A stretch of 62,502 bases of DNA, filler included. It is 21 parts of 21 records of this genome, joined end to end, with 100 filler letters (N's around TTAATTAATTAA, not from the genome) between each part and the next. Parts side by side here need not be neighbours in the genome. Positions count along the whole stretch, not along the records: positions 8,584 to 13,082 come from SRR36015645_14639; positions 13,183 to 15,686 come from SRR36015645_14713; positions 15,787 to 18,220 come from SRR36015645_14780; positions 18,321 to 22,242 come from SRR36015645_15151; 17 more parts are not named here. One strand, written 5' to 3'. The notes under the pieces are model-generated. The model was not told where the DNA came from. It did no database searches and saw only the letters and a program-made list of their open reading frames with translations. This document shows, one piece after another, positions 10,723-22,342 of this stretch (position 1 is its first letter; the number at the start of each line of letters is the position of its first letter). The translations under genes and the position numbers were made by a program.

Positions 10723-13082
10723 ATGGCAGCCTACAATATACTATCACTTAATACACATGGTATGTCACAACTAACAAGGGCAAAACAAATAGTAGACTAC
10801 TTCAAGGTAATGAACGCGGATATTGTATTTATTCAGGAGACAAATCTACAGATGGACAAAATAGATAACCCATTATGGAAGGAAATGGAATATGAATTTC
10901 ATCTTTCGACAGTTCCGCACAAATTTTCTGGAGTAGGAGTCGCAGTTAGAAAAAACAGCTGTGTAAAAATAAAACATTGTGAAGAATTATTTGGCGGCCA
11001 TCTTGCATATGTCAAATACACAGTTGATGACAACGTATGTAACGCATATAACTTATACATGCCACAAGACGACAATCAAGGAATTAGGGTGCTAGAAGCC
11101 TTGCAGCGACATGCCAGTGAACATATAAAAGATCAAGGAAACTATTTTGTAATTGGTGATTTCAACGTAACATTGCAGGCTGCCTTAGATAGGCAAGATG
11201 GTGCTACTGAAAGACGCTCAAGAATACAGAAAGCATTAAAGGAGGCGTGCAATAAATTAAGACTATTAGACCTATGGCGGTCTATGCATGGTAACGAGAG
11301 GCAATTCACCTTTAATTCGCGTCGTGAAAATCGCATAATTAAAGCTAGGCTGGACAGAATATACATATCACGCGATCTGCAGAATAACATAAGCACATGC
11401 GAGATAGAAGCTTGTAGTCTCTCTGACCACGAAGCCTTGCAAATAAAAGTCCAAGGAGTAAAGAAGTTTAACCGCAAAAATCAAGCCAAATGCAATTACT
11501 GGCGATTCAATAACAAATTACTGGAGGACAAAGAATATTGTGAATTAATGAAAGATTTCCTACAGAAATGGGTAGAGCAACAAGTAAACTTCAACGGAAA
11601 CCTTACAAATTGGTGGGAAATCGGTAAAAACAAAATCAAAACAATAACGATTAGTTTTTCTGTTCAGAAAAGCAGGGACGAAATGCAAAATATACGTATC
11701 CTACAAGACGAATTGAATCAAATTATTAAAAGTGGAATGATGAAACCAGAGGACAAAATGGAATATCAAGAGAAGAAAGAAGTATTGAACCAAATGTACA
11801 AGCGGCGTGCCATAGATGCATTAACTAAATCCAAGTTTAAACACATAAATGAAATAGATAAATCAACCAAGTATTTCTACCAGCTTGAGAAAGGGTGTGA
11901 GAATCCGGTAAACAGCGCAATAAAAACTATGCAAATTAACAAGAATGATATTACAGATGATCAGAACGTAATCAGGCAACACATTGTTGATTACTACACA
12001 AGGCTGTATCAGAAAGAGGAAATAGACGAAACGGCAATGGAAGAAATTTTGGCAGAACTACCGCAACTAAGTGAAGTAGAGAAGCAAACTTTAAACAGGC
12101 CGTTTGAGGAAGAGGAGTTTTTGAAAGCCGTAAAACAATCCAAAAACAACACTTCGCCTGGCACTGATGGAATAACCAATGAATTCTACAAAACGTTTTG
12201 GGACATACTTGGAATATATCTAATAGAAGTTTTTAGAGAAATTATACAGAAAGGCGAGCTACCACTATCAATGCGAATAGCCATAATTACACTACTATTA
12301 AAGAAACTAAGTGACCACAGACTGATTAAAAACTACAGACCAATCTCACTACTGAACACCGATCTCAAGTTAATAACTAAGGTGCTAGCAAACAGGCTAA
12401 AAATTGTAATGGGAACTATCATTCACCCCGATCAGACTTGCAGCGTAGATGGCCGCAAAATACACGACAACATTAATTTGCTGAGAGACGTAATTTTCTA
12501 CTCAAAAGATCACAACATGAACCTTGCTTTATTGGCTTTGGATCAAGAAAAGGCATTTGACAGGATCGATCACAGATATCTTACAAAAGTATTGGAAAGA
12601 TTCGGCTTTGGCGAATGGTTTATTGGCTGTATTAAAACAATCTATAGACAGTCGCAAAGCTACATCAAACTATCTGAAGGTCTGGCAGGACCAGTGAATT
12701 TTGATCGTGGCATTAGGCAGGGGGACAGTCTAAGCATGGCCCTATATGTCATTGGAATAGAACCACTACTCAGAATGCTACGAAAGAAATTAAGCAATCA
12801 TGGAGTCAAACTACCAGGATCCGATGAGCGAGTGATTGTATCAGCATATGCTGATGATGTAACGTTACTGTTAACATCAAAACAAGGAATGGACACCGCA
12901 GCAGATGTATACAAAAAGTTTGAAGATGCATCAGGCTCACGGCTCAACAAATCCAAGTCTAAAAGTCTGTGGATTGGCAACTGGCAAGAAGATGAAAAGA
13001 AAGTTGATTTCGCAGAGACAAGTGAAGCCATAGATGTACTTGGAATAACATTCAATACAGAAGGGATTCATAAAGATAATCT
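10723..13082 (+). CDS. L1/Tx1-like LINE ORF2 (APE endonuclease + RT), truncated by contig end
   Basis: SLNTHG, IQET, GDFN, RLDRIY, SDH, YWRFN, SPGTDG, YRPISLLN, DQEKAFDR, GIRQGDSLS and AYADD. Confidence 0.95.
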
Positions 13083-13351
13083 NNNNNNNNNNNNNNNNNN
13101 NNNNNNNNNNNNNNNNNNNNNNNNNNTTAATTAATTAANNNNNNNNNNNNNNNNNNNNNNNNNNNNNNNNNNNNNNNNNNNNTGAATTAATATAATTTAT
13201 GAACACTTTCTGATTTAGTAATCAAATCAAGCTTGCAGTAAACTACTTGTATATCAAAATCTCAATTTACATTAATTTTAAACTAATGGGCAGATTCCCT
13301 AGGGCCTACTCTAAATTTCTGATAGACTTACTAGCATGTGTTACCGGTAGT

Positions 13352-15274
13352 TTATCCGATTCTCTGTTTGTATTTCTGACACAAAGTCTCTATTTGTTTT
13401 CGGGTTTCCAAATTTATACAGTAGGGTACCTTCCCACGCTTGAAGTTTACATTGAAATGTACTGGACCAGCAAATATATTTCTTGGCAGAACTTCATCAA
13501 TATCATCTTTAACCGGCCATCCGTATTCCGTGTTACTTTTTGCTTCCAGATATTTCATTAATAGTCCATATGGCACTTTTTGGATACACAGTCCGATGTA
13601 CCATTTTTTCAGCTTATAATAATACACACAGTACATGCTGTCTTTGGTCACATTACCAGTGCGATAACTTTCAAATACTTCAAGCTGTGTATTCTTTGCG
13701 ACCACGGTAGCACGTTCGATATCAGAGTCATGGTCTGAGAGTGTTGGCGAGTTATTACCGGTATTGTTATCATCTGTACCGGTATCTTCTGTTGAAGAAG
13801 AACTCTCGTCGGCAGACACAGTTTCTCTTCTTCTCTTAGCGACACTAGCACCAGCACTAGCACTAGTACCAGCACTAGTACCGACACAAGCACCAGCAGC
13901 TCTGCTACTGCCACTCGGATTAGCACTAGATCCTGGAATGTCTTCTGAGGTCACCGCTTTGCCAGGAGCAACTTTAGGCCCTCTCTTACGGGTAAGTGAC
14001 ATGCGCGTTGGAGGTGAAATGTGTTCCTTTAGTAACGAGGCCACACTCTCGCCTAATACTTCTTCCACTGACCTGCCTGAAGTATGTGTTTGCGACAGTC
14101 TTTTTAGAACTTGATTGCGGTCACGAGGAACAATACCACAAGCACGAAAGCCCGATATCAAATTGGCAGGTTTCTCTTTCATTGCAGAAACCAATCTCTT
14201 TAGCAAGGAAGGCAGAACCTGCTTTGGTATCGATTGCCTGCTTCGACTTTCTTTCCTCCATTGTGAAACAATTTCTCGCCACACACGTTTGGCTGGTCCA
14301 AACACACTAACGTCCAGGGGCTGTAGCAGATGGGTCGCATTTGGAACTAAGCTCACGAACGCGATACCATTGTCCTCACAAGCCTTTATCACTTTGGGAC
14401 TGAAGTGAGATGGCAGATTGTCGCCAATTATGACCTTCTTGCCTTGCTGATCCTGCACACTTTCGAGAAAGATATCAAAAAACCACTGTTCAAATAGTAG
14501 ACCATCGAACCAGCCACTGGCAGAGTGATTGTAGACAGCCCCTTCAGGTCCATTACGAGTCCATTGGTCATAGAGATTTTGTGCTTTGTAGACGATCATT
14601 GGGGGAAGAAAGTCGCCAATTGCATTGCCGCAAAACATAACGCTTATCGACTGCTTTGAATGTTGCATTTTTCTTTCGACTCTTTTCAGTCCTCGCCGAA
14701 CAATACATTTTTTTGAGCCAGGGTCGTCGAGAACATTAGTTTCATCATAATTGTATATGTTATTGTCTGTAACATCCGCAATTACTTCGTAGAGATTGTC
14801 AAAATATTCGTTTATTGTATCACGATCAATTTCTGCCCGGGTTACTTTCACATTGTCAGATATTCGTTTTGTCAACTTATGCCTTTTTATAAACAGTTGC
14901 ATCCAATCGTATCCTGGTAGATTGTCCACAAATTTTGTTGTGCGTCCCTGTTGGTTTAAGAAGTTTTGCACAACACTGCATACGTCATGTTGTGATAATG
15001 GGAACTTCCATGATGTTAAAGTGTCTATTGCAGTCAATATAGCATTTTCTTCACCTGTCGATAACACGGTTTGTCCTCCAAATTTTCGTTCTTGAACATA
15101 TCCTGGTCGGGATTTCTTGTGCAATGTTCCATACGGTATATTGTACAATTTGCAAGCAGCGTTAATGCTAGTCTCATTGTTTTGCACCTTTTTAATCGCT
15201 ATCTCAAGTGTTTCTCTTGTGTACGTTGTTTCATAAGCACGAGATCCAGGCTTTCGGTTATACGCGCGAGGCAT
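13352..15274 (-). CDS. pogo-family (Tc1/mariner/pogo) DD35D transposase: psq/CENP-B HTH + DDE_1
   Basis: N-terminal HTHs (AACKLYNIPYGTL, PGYDWMQLFIKRH). Catalytic NYDET / IGDN / QPLD, with 35 residues between the second and third D. Confidence 0.92.
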   Translation of the reverse strand: MPRAYNRKPGSRAYETTYTRETLEIAIKKVQNNETSINAACKLYNIPYGTLHKKSRPGYVQERKFGGQTVLSTGEENAILTAIDTLTSWKFPLSQHDVCSVVQNFLNQQGRTTKFVDNLPGYDWMQLFIKRHKLTKRISDNVKVTRAEIDRDTINEYFDNLYEVIADVTDNNIYNYDETNVLDDPGSKKCIVRRGLKRVERKMQHSKQSISVMFCGNAIGDFLPPMIVYKAQNLYDQWTRNGPEGAVYNHSASGWFDGLLFEQWFFDIFLESVQDQQGKKVIIGDNLPSHFSPKVIKACEDNGIAFVSLVPNATHLLQPLDVSVFGPAKRVWREIVSQWRKESRSRQSIPKQVLPSLLKRLVSAMKEKPANLISGFRACGIVPRDRNQVLKRLSQTHTSGRSVEEVLGESVASLLKEHISPPTRMSLTRKRGPKVAPGKAVTSEDIPGSSANPSGSSRAAGACVGTSAGTSASAGASVAKRRRETVSADESSSSTEDTGTDDNNTGNNSPTLSDHDSDIERATVVAKNTQLEVFESYRTGNVTKDSMYCVYYYKLKKWYIGLCIQKVPYGLLMKYLEAKSNTEYGWPVKDDIDEVLPRNIFAGPVHFNVNFKRGKVPYCINLETRKQIETLCQKYKQRIG

Positions 15275-15598
15275 TATTCACAGTATGGTGAAAACTACCT
15301 GTAGACTAATCATTGTTCGATGTAGCCTAAAATATAAGAAAATATGTTAACTAGTGATTTCATCTTTGGCATTTTTCTGACTTATACTATCAATAATAAT
15401 GACCAAAACAAAAAGAGTAAACATTTATTTGCGCGTTTGGGCAGTCGGCAAATAAACGTGAGGTCAAAAGTCACTGGTTAGTATGAGAGACTGCGGTTAG
15501 CTCTCCTTGTGTTTATCGTTTTCTTCCTAATAAATCCAAAATAGCTTTCACATACTCTCTCTTAGATCGTTTATGTTCCTGGAGTGAGTAATGATAAC

Positions 15599-15685
15599 TG
15601 TTGGGGTGACTATGATACCGGCTATCATAGTCACCCCACTATGTCATAGTCACCCCGATTATCATAGTCACCCCAGTTGACGGTA
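15599..15685 (-). repeat. 5' terminal inverted repeat and subterminal repeats of the pogo element, with TA target site
   Basis: Minus strand reads TA|CCGTCAACTGGGGTGACTATGA. GGGGTGACTATGA occurs three times direct (15625, 15644, 15662) and once inverted (15603). Confidence 0.8.
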
Positions 15686-16255
15686 CNNNNNNNNNNNNNN
15701 NNNNNNNNNNNNNNNNNNNNNNNNNNNNNNTTAATTAATTAANNNNNNNNNNNNNNNNNNNNNNNNNNNNNNNNNNNNNNNNNNNNTTGAGTTAGAGTGC
15801 GAAAACGAATTTTACATCAGCAGCCATCTAGGATTTCCAAGATGAAAAGCCGTTCTTGAGTTAGAGTGTGAAACGTAACGAGAAAGTTAGACATAGGTTG
15901 TTGAGCCACAAAAACTATATGCTATTTCTATAGTTTAAAATAATTCTTTATTACAGTATAGTAAAATTTACATTATCACTGAGCAACATTTGCATATAGA
16001 CGCAGCTAAATAAGTTCTACTCTTAAGTGCCGTAATCAATGCTTGCACATATTTAATACTATCTATAATGCTGGCATTTACTGTGTTAATAGCTGACTTC
16101 GCAAACGTTACCAACAACAAGATGGTCGATAATGCCGGAAATTGGTGTTTACCCGCATTTGATTATTATTATTCGAGAACATTTTCAAGAAGGCCAAAAA
16201 GTATAAATACTATAATGCAGCAATGTACCTTATTTACTCGAGTAATACATCCAGT

Positions 16256-18220
16256 CTACCATTTTAAGTAAATGGCCTGATGGTCTGTGTAATAGCAGTC
16301 CACAGTGCCAGCTGTCGTCATGTCAGCCGGAAATCCTTTGTTCGTGTATGCATGATCCAGAAGACCCCCATCTCTGTGAGTTGGTGTTTTAATGTGTTGC
16401 TCAAATCCAAATGTTGTCATAAGCTCTATCAGAGAGTTACTCGTCGAATTGCGGTTCAAAAGGTTGATATTGAAATCACCTGTTACTATGCAAGGAATGT
16501 CATATGCAGTGAGATTTGTTAACAGCGTTTGTAGTGCACTAAAAAATGAAGCGACCGATTGGACTGGAGGCCTATATAGCACAACAACAATTATCGCTTG
16601 ATCAGGAAATGAAACTTTGACAGCCAGTATTTGTAACGGAATCTGTGGTAAAGTCAATCTTTCAGCATGTAGATGATCTTTCAGTAACAGAGCAATACCG
16701 TGGACAGAGTTTTGTAGTATCGTAGTGTATCCATCAATGGTGATGCATGCGGATGTGTGCGTTTCAGTCAAACCAATGACATCAGCACAAGTAAGAATCA
16801 AATGATTTGCGAGATCCTCATGATGAAGTGGAAAAGACCGTATGTTCAAATGGACTATGACATGGGCTGCTTCGGATTGCAGTAATGGGTGTCTCCATTG
16901 AAAAGAACACTCTTTTCTCATTCGATCCATCTCTGCTAGAGCATTTTTGTTTACAGAAATTTTAGTGGAATCAAAGTTCAGTAGATATAATCCTTGCATT
17001 GTACGAGTTCTGCTTAAAGCGACATAAGCCTGACCATTGTTGAAAGACCCTCTATCAAGATGAAAATCAGCCACGATTTTGTCTTTAGTCTGACCCTGAA
17101 CTTTGTGTATGGTCGCAGCCCAACACAGGGTCATAGGATACTGGCATCGATTGATATAAAGGGTAGTACCGCCCCCAATCGAAAATCTTGCAACATGTGC
17201 TTCAATTGGGACTGCTGAGTTGACGTCTTGGATGCTAAAGTCCGATCTATGGGACTTTATCCATGTTCTTTTGGCTTTCTTCCCAATGTCTGGGTGATCA
17301 AATGTAACAAAAATGACGCCTCGCAATGGTCGTAAGGGATCAATATTTATCGCTACAATAACACCTTGTGCCCCATTTACAAGACCATCATCTGTATTGA
17401 TATTGGCAGTAAGAGATATTCTGGCTCCAACGGCTATACGCAGTATAGTGTGTAATCCACCAGTTTTGTGAATGTCATCTGGTACCATCAAATTATTTCG
17501 CCTAAAGTTTTCCACATTGTCTTGAGCAAGAATCTGGATAATATTGGCCAACTCAGTCAATCTGTTCTCATTGAGTTCGCGAACTTTAGCATTTGTAGCG
17601 TAAATATGTAATGCATCTCGAGGAAAATCCGGATCGTCTACGCTTACACATCTTTGTCGAAGAGTCATTAAGTCATCAGCGGTGGGAGCGCCAATCCTTA
17701 TCCTGCTCAGGATGTCAGCAAAGGTTTTATCGCTGCTTTGACGATGCACCTCCGTTAATTCATGCAATTCAAAATTAGATTTCCAGAGCTGAGCAATATC
17801 AGCCAAAACAGGATCCCGGCTGGATTGAAACGCACTTCTATCCAAAACAGGAGGCAACTGCAGTAAGTCGCCAACAGCCAAGATGCACTTTCCACCAAAC
17901 ACCGTGTTGACGGCGTCGAAAGTATCACTGCTATTACCAAAGTCATTGTTAGTGTCGTGAATATGCATTATATCACTTAGTCGCCGTTCAATGTGTAAGA
18001 AGGTGTTAAGTCCAATCATTGAAATTTCGTCGATGATCAGAATTTTCAGGTTCTCAAGTTTTTTCTCTAAGGAACTTAATACGCCGGCAGTCAAGGGAGT
18101 GTACTCTCGGCCTCTAGGTAGTTGCAATGCAGAGTGCACAGTTACTCCTGATATGTTGAATGCAGCGCAACCAGTTGATGCTGTCAAAAGGACGACAGGC
18201 TGCTCCGGATCCTGGCCAGC
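16256..18220 (-). CDS. Helentron (Helitron) RepHel C-terminal part: PIF1 helicase fused to APE/EEP endonuclease, 5' truncated
   Basis: PIF1 motifs TGCAA, IIDEISM, GDLLQLPPV, HRQ, LVNG, TIHKVQG and YVALSR, followed by EEP motifs HLNIRS, LTET, YRPP, GDFN, LDH and TDH. Confidence 0.9.
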   Translation of the reverse strand, partial: AGQDPEQPVVLLTASTGCAAFNISGVTVHSALQLPRGREYTPLTAGVLSSLEKKLENLKILIIDEISMIGLNTFLHIERRLSDIMHIHDTNNDFGNSSDTFDAVNTVFGGKCILAVGDLLQLPPVLDRSAFQSSRDPVLADIAQLWKSNFELHELTEVHRQSSDKTFADILSRIRIGAPTADDLMTLRQRCVSVDDPDFPRDALHIYATNAKVRELNENRLTELANIIQILAQDNVENFRRNNLMVPDDIHKTGGLHTILRIAVGARISLTANINTDDGLVNGAQGVIVAINIDPLRPLRGVIFVTFDHPDIGKKAKRTWIKSHRSDFSIQDVNSAVPIEAHVARFSIGGGTTLYINRCQYPMTLCWAATIHKVQGQTKDKIVADFHLDRGSFNNGQAYVALSRTRTMQGLYLLNFDSTKISVNKNALAEMDRMRKECSFQWRHPLLQSEAAHVIVHLNIRSFPLHHEDLANHLILTCADVIGLTETHTSACITIDGYTTILQNSVHGIALLLKDHLHAERLTLPQIPLQILAVKVSFPDQAIIVVVLYRPPVQSVASFFSALQTLLTNLTAYDIPCIVTGDFNINLLNRNSTSNSLIELMTTFGFEQHIKTPTHRDGGLLDHAYTNKGFPADMTTAGTVDCYYTDHQAIYLKW

Positions 18221-18325
18221 NNNNNNNNNNNNNNNNNNNNNNNNNNNNNNNNNNNNNNNNNNNNTTAATTAATTAANNNNNNNNNNNNNNNNNNNNNNNN
18301 NNNNNNNNNNNNNNNNNNNNTGTAC

Positions 18326-21300
18326 CAGGATGCCCTAAATAGACCTGGTGAGCCAGCCTGCGCGGCTGGCCTACAGACCACTGGATACCATGGTGTGTAT
18401 AATTAACCGTAGTGTACGTAGTCTTATGAGATGTATAGGGAAAATATCATAATCCTGTAGGCCTATGGGCCTATACCGGTAAAGTATTTGGAGTTCTAAT
18501 AAATTATTTCTGGAATAGCTATAATATAATATAAATAATTGCAAATCTGAGTTCATTCTGCAGTAGGGCTAAGGGCATATCTTTTTTCTAAACTTACCTA
18601 TTGCTTTGCCGTTTTGGACTGCAACTTTGATGATTTAATGCGTGCTTTCATCGTCCAATCCTGTGCAGTGTTGATTGTGAACGTCTTCCCCCAATAATTA
18701 AACAAATGGCCAAGAATGCAAACGGTGTTACTATGTCCTGATACACATATTGCTTGCGACAGATTCTCCACAAAAGGTTCCATCTTTATGACACGCAGAA
18801 CAGTGGCAACAAACAGAGACTTGTGATTTTGACCACTTAGGAACACTTTGAGCAATTTTTCATTCATTTTGATGTTTTGCCATACAATGTAGCCAGTAAG
18901 ACAAATCCATAGCGTGTATTCGCTTGGTTGAGTCAAGCCTCCACGACTTGCAAAAGTAACAAAGTCCTGCTCAACAGGTTGGTTTTCATCTGCCAGAATT
19001 TTGACAGGTTCTTCACTTTTCAGTAGCACACCACATTCTTGACATTTCCTTTCACTTGTCACAGTCTTAGCAATGCATCCAGCTATAAACCGTACTGCCT
19101 CAGTCTCTTCCCGAGTGATGTGACTAGTGTCAACAAGGACATCCTCCACACAAGCACATAATATTTCTTCTTGTGATTTGTCTACATTGACACGTGATTC
19201 CGAGTCTAGCAACATAACTTTCTGTAGACTGCGCACATCTAATCCAGTGTGTTTTAACAATGATAGCACACGTATTTTCTTTTCTCCATGTAAAAGTTGC
19301 TGCACCGATATCAAGTAATTTGCACCAGACAATTGTCTGTACCAACCGAAGCGTCGTTCGATGGGATCGCTTTGAAGCTTCCCCAACAAAACATAGTTGA
19401 GGCCACATGTTGTGAGAAGATATCTCGCCAGTTGTGGCAGCGCTGTGCACGTTTGGATAACGGCGCCAAAAGTTTCCTTTGATAGGCCTTTATCCGGGTA
19501 CAAATCCCTCCAGATACTTAGAAACAGAACAAAGTTTTCCAACCATGAAAGTTTTGGATCGTCTACGGACTGGACAGGTTCCATGTCAACACTGCGCTTA
19601 TGCATTCCTTTGTTCGGTGTCTTGACATTCATTATATCCCATGACTTTATAATAATCGATAAAAAGTCCGCCGTACCCTGATACCCAGGTTTATTGTAAA
19701 ACTTCAGGGCATTTCTTGTGCTCTCACTAAAAACAGCGAGTGAGAGTTTCGTATTCGTTCTTTCAAGGTTGTTAGGATTCAGCACTTTTCTTGTTAATCT
19801 TGGGGCCAACTTAGCCGTGTTGGCTTCTTCCAGTTCAAACAATTCAACAACATTATGAAAGTTTGCTGTACTATAGATTTGCTGTGATGAAGACTGGCCA
19901 TCAAATGGAGGATACGAAAAAACTTTCCTTTTCTGAAAATTGTTATAGATGTTCTTCATATTGTGTACTGGATCAAATAACAAAAACAATGGTTCATCTG
20001 GTGACACGGGATTCGGCACACACGGCTTTATTGTTTTGTTATCTACACCACTTAATTTTGCATAGACTGCACGATTTACTGGATGGTTGTCCACGCTAGT
20101 TGCCACAATCGACACGTTGATTGAACTGTGTTTTAGCAGTGTTAAAACTTTGACAGCGTAATCATACAACAATTCCTTATTTAATGTCACAACCGGATAC
20201 AATGATACCATGTCTTTGTAAGAACTACAAACGGACTGGATCATGAAAGAAACAACTGTTTTAGCGGCACTTTCGCTATCTGTTGCCAAGCCGTATATTT
20301 TACCTGCAGCGTACTCTAGCTTTCTAGCCACATATATTTCATCTATGAGTAATAGGCAATTCCTCTCATAGATAGACAAATCCCGCGTCCTTATTGCCAA
20401 GTAGCTAATTATGCTTCTATTACACTCAGTATCCACATTGAGGTCCGTCGAATATTTTCGCAGCAAACTGGGTGACGGCAGAATAAATACAGTTCTAAGT
20501 ACTTCATACAGTTTAGGCGAGTACATGTGCCATATAAAACCAGTAGTCAGAGCTCCAGGAGAATATATGCGTCCATACTTTTTCTTTTCGCTTAACTCCA
20601 GCTGTTCATACAGAAATCTGTAAAGCTCATACTTCCAATTCTCTATGGAGTCATTTACATTATCTAATAACTGCTTTAAACAGTGTAAAGTTTGCTGGAC
20701 ATAAGACTCGTACATGCCGGTGGGTCCCATCTCAAACATGTGTTTAACACGAGCTAGAATATTTTCTAACTGTGTGAATGAAGTAAGTGTCTCTCCCAAA
20801 TCACCTATATCCTTCTTCACCGAAATCCCTCTCACTGTGGCAAAAATCTTCAGCTCCGTATCCACAACTACTGAAGCTTCAAGATGCAAAGTTTCGTTCC
20901 CATCCGAAAGTTTGTAAAAAATAACGCGAGTATCTCCTGGCTTGACCAAGTTTACTGAGAAAAAGTCAAATGTCCTGATCGAATATACCTTAGATGCTAC
21001 TTCAGTAAAATCTTTAATTTTGTCCGCATCCAAAAATTCACTTTCCATTTCTTGCATGCGTAAGTCAAGTTTTTGTCGTCTACCTGCTGCCGTTGCATTT
21101 TCACACCTCTCATGTTGTTTAGGTTTACTCAAATACACAGGACAGTTTGGAAATATAGACGGTGCTGCTGCCTTCTTTAGGCGACGTATTAACAACTCTT
21201 TGTCGTCTCTCTTCCTATGCGGATTACTGTCTTGTGTTTGACAAACAAAGTCACTATTGTGAAAGTGAAGACTACAAACGACTGTGCTATTTGTAACTGT

Positions 21301-22054
21301 CCAATCTTTACGGGGTATTTTATTCACCCAAGCATTTCTCCTCACTGTATCTCTGGGGAAAAGATGAAATGTTGGTTTTAAAACAGCATCTTGTTCTTTA
21401 TTACTTGGATATCCCGAATTACAGTTGGGAACACAACAAGTTCTCACCATGTTTACTTACTGGCTAAATTGAAAGTAGTAATAATGTAGTTCTACCTATA
21501 AGCCTACACCATTTTTATAAGAACACGAGGCTAAAATCTTAAAAAATTACGAACAATACTTTTAGGGTTTGACTTTATACTACATGAAGGTAAACAGCAG
21601 TAGCCAAATTACAATGTACATTTTTAAGAACATGCTTCATAAGAACATTATTTTTAAGGCATAATCTTGAAAAATGTTAAGAACATCGAGACTCAGTTTG
21701 TTACTAATTCTTATAAAAAGGGTGTAGCACATGAAATCCACAATAATCAATCCACCATGGGTAACAATTTTTATACACTAGTCAATTCTCACACAATTCA
21801 AACTGTAGGCCTACTAGTACACAATATTACTTGCACACAGCAACTCAAACACAACTGCACTCTACTCTATGTACAACTGAACTAATCTTAGTACATTTAT
21901 ACATAGTGTTGGGGTGTGGAGGGCAATAAAATGCATGACTTTGTGTAAACAGCTGTGATTCGTTCGCAGCCGACTGGTCCGATTATCCCTTGCTCTGTAT
22001 AAATCTGATGATTTAAATGCCACGGCTGGCGGACCAGGGGTCTAGGTGATCATG
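18326..22054 (-). mobile_element. Putative full-length P-superfamily DNA transposon with imperfect TIRs
   Basis: Left end CAGGATGCCCTAAATAGACCTGGTGAGCCAGCC (18326). Right end, reverse complemented, CATGATCACCTAGACCCCTGGTCCGCCAGCC (22054). They enclose an intact transposase. Confidence 0.6.
18598..21450 (-). CDS. THAP-domain P-element/THAP9-like transposase, intact 950 aa
   Basis: THAP (CCVPNC..FP..W..VCSLHF..AAPSIF), LPSPSLLR, catalytic IDE / VDN / FDPVH / QSDPIERRFG, and C-terminal CQEC..GGLTQPS. Confidence 0.93.
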   Translation of the reverse strand: MVRTCCVPNCNSGYPSNKEQDAVLKPTFHLFPRDTVRRNAWVNKIPRKDWTVTNSTVVCSLHFHNSDFVCQTQDSNPHRKRDDKELLIRRLKKAAAPSIFPNCPVYLSKPKQHERCENATAAGRRQKLDLRMQEMESEFLDADKIKDFTEVASKVYSIRTFDFFSVNLVKPGDTRVIFYKLSDGNETLHLEASVVVDTELKIFATVRGISVKKDIGDLGETLTSFTQLENILARVKHMFEMGPTGMYESYVQQTLHCLKQLLDNVNDSIENWKYELYRFLYEQLELSEKKKYGRIYSPGALTTGFIWHMYSPKLYEVLRTVFILPSPSLLRKYSTDLNVDTECNRSIISYLAIRTRDLSIYERNCLLLIDEIYVARKLEYAAGKIYGLATDSESAAKTVVSFMIQSVCSSYKDMVSLYPVVTLNKELLYDYAVKVLTLLKHSSINVSIVATSVDNHPVNRAVYAKLSGVDNKTIKPCVPNPVSPDEPLFLLFDPVHNMKNIYNNFQKRKVFSYPPFDGQSSSQQIYSTANFHNVVELFELEEANTAKLAPRLTRKVLNPNNLERTNTKLSLAVFSESTRNALKFYNKPGYQGTADFLSIIIKSWDIMNVKTPNKGMHKRSVDMEPVQSVDDPKLSWLENFVLFLSIWRDLYPDKGLSKETFGAVIQTCTALPQLARYLLTTCGLNYVLLGKLQSDPIERRFGWYRQLSGANYLISVQQLLHGEKKIRVLSLLKHTGLDVRSLQKVMLLDSESRVNVDKSQEEILCACVEDVLVDTSHITREETEAVRFIAGCIAKTVTSERKCQECGVLLKSEEPVKILADENQPVEQDFVTFASRGGLTQPSEYTLWICLTGYIVWQNIKMNEKLLKVFLSGQNHKSLFVATVLRVIKMEPFVENLSQAICVSGHSNTVCILGHLFNYWGKTFTINTAQDWTMKARIKSSKLQSKTAKQ

Positions 22055-22342
22055 GCTTAGGTCAAAGGTTACTGAGTCAAAGGTGAAACAGTCAGATCAA
22101 GGATCAAATCTGCAAAAAACATCATGTCTGGGGTATAGCTTCTGGGCGCTGGATAAATGTTGATGAAACTTGGTAAAGGGAAATATTACTTTCAAAAGTG
22201 TCATACGATCTACAATCTGTCTGTCTAGGTACCGTATCCCTGNNNNNNNNNNNNNNNNNNNNNNNNNNNNNNNNNNNNNNNNNNNNTTAATTAATTAANN
22301 NNNNNNNNNNNNNNNNNNNNNNNNNNNNNNNNNNNNNNNNNN

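Noticed and set aside
13648-13926. VLVLVL hydrophobic ORF as a membrane peptide
   Set aside because: It is an alternate frame of the low-complexity ASAGTS linker in the pogo transposase.
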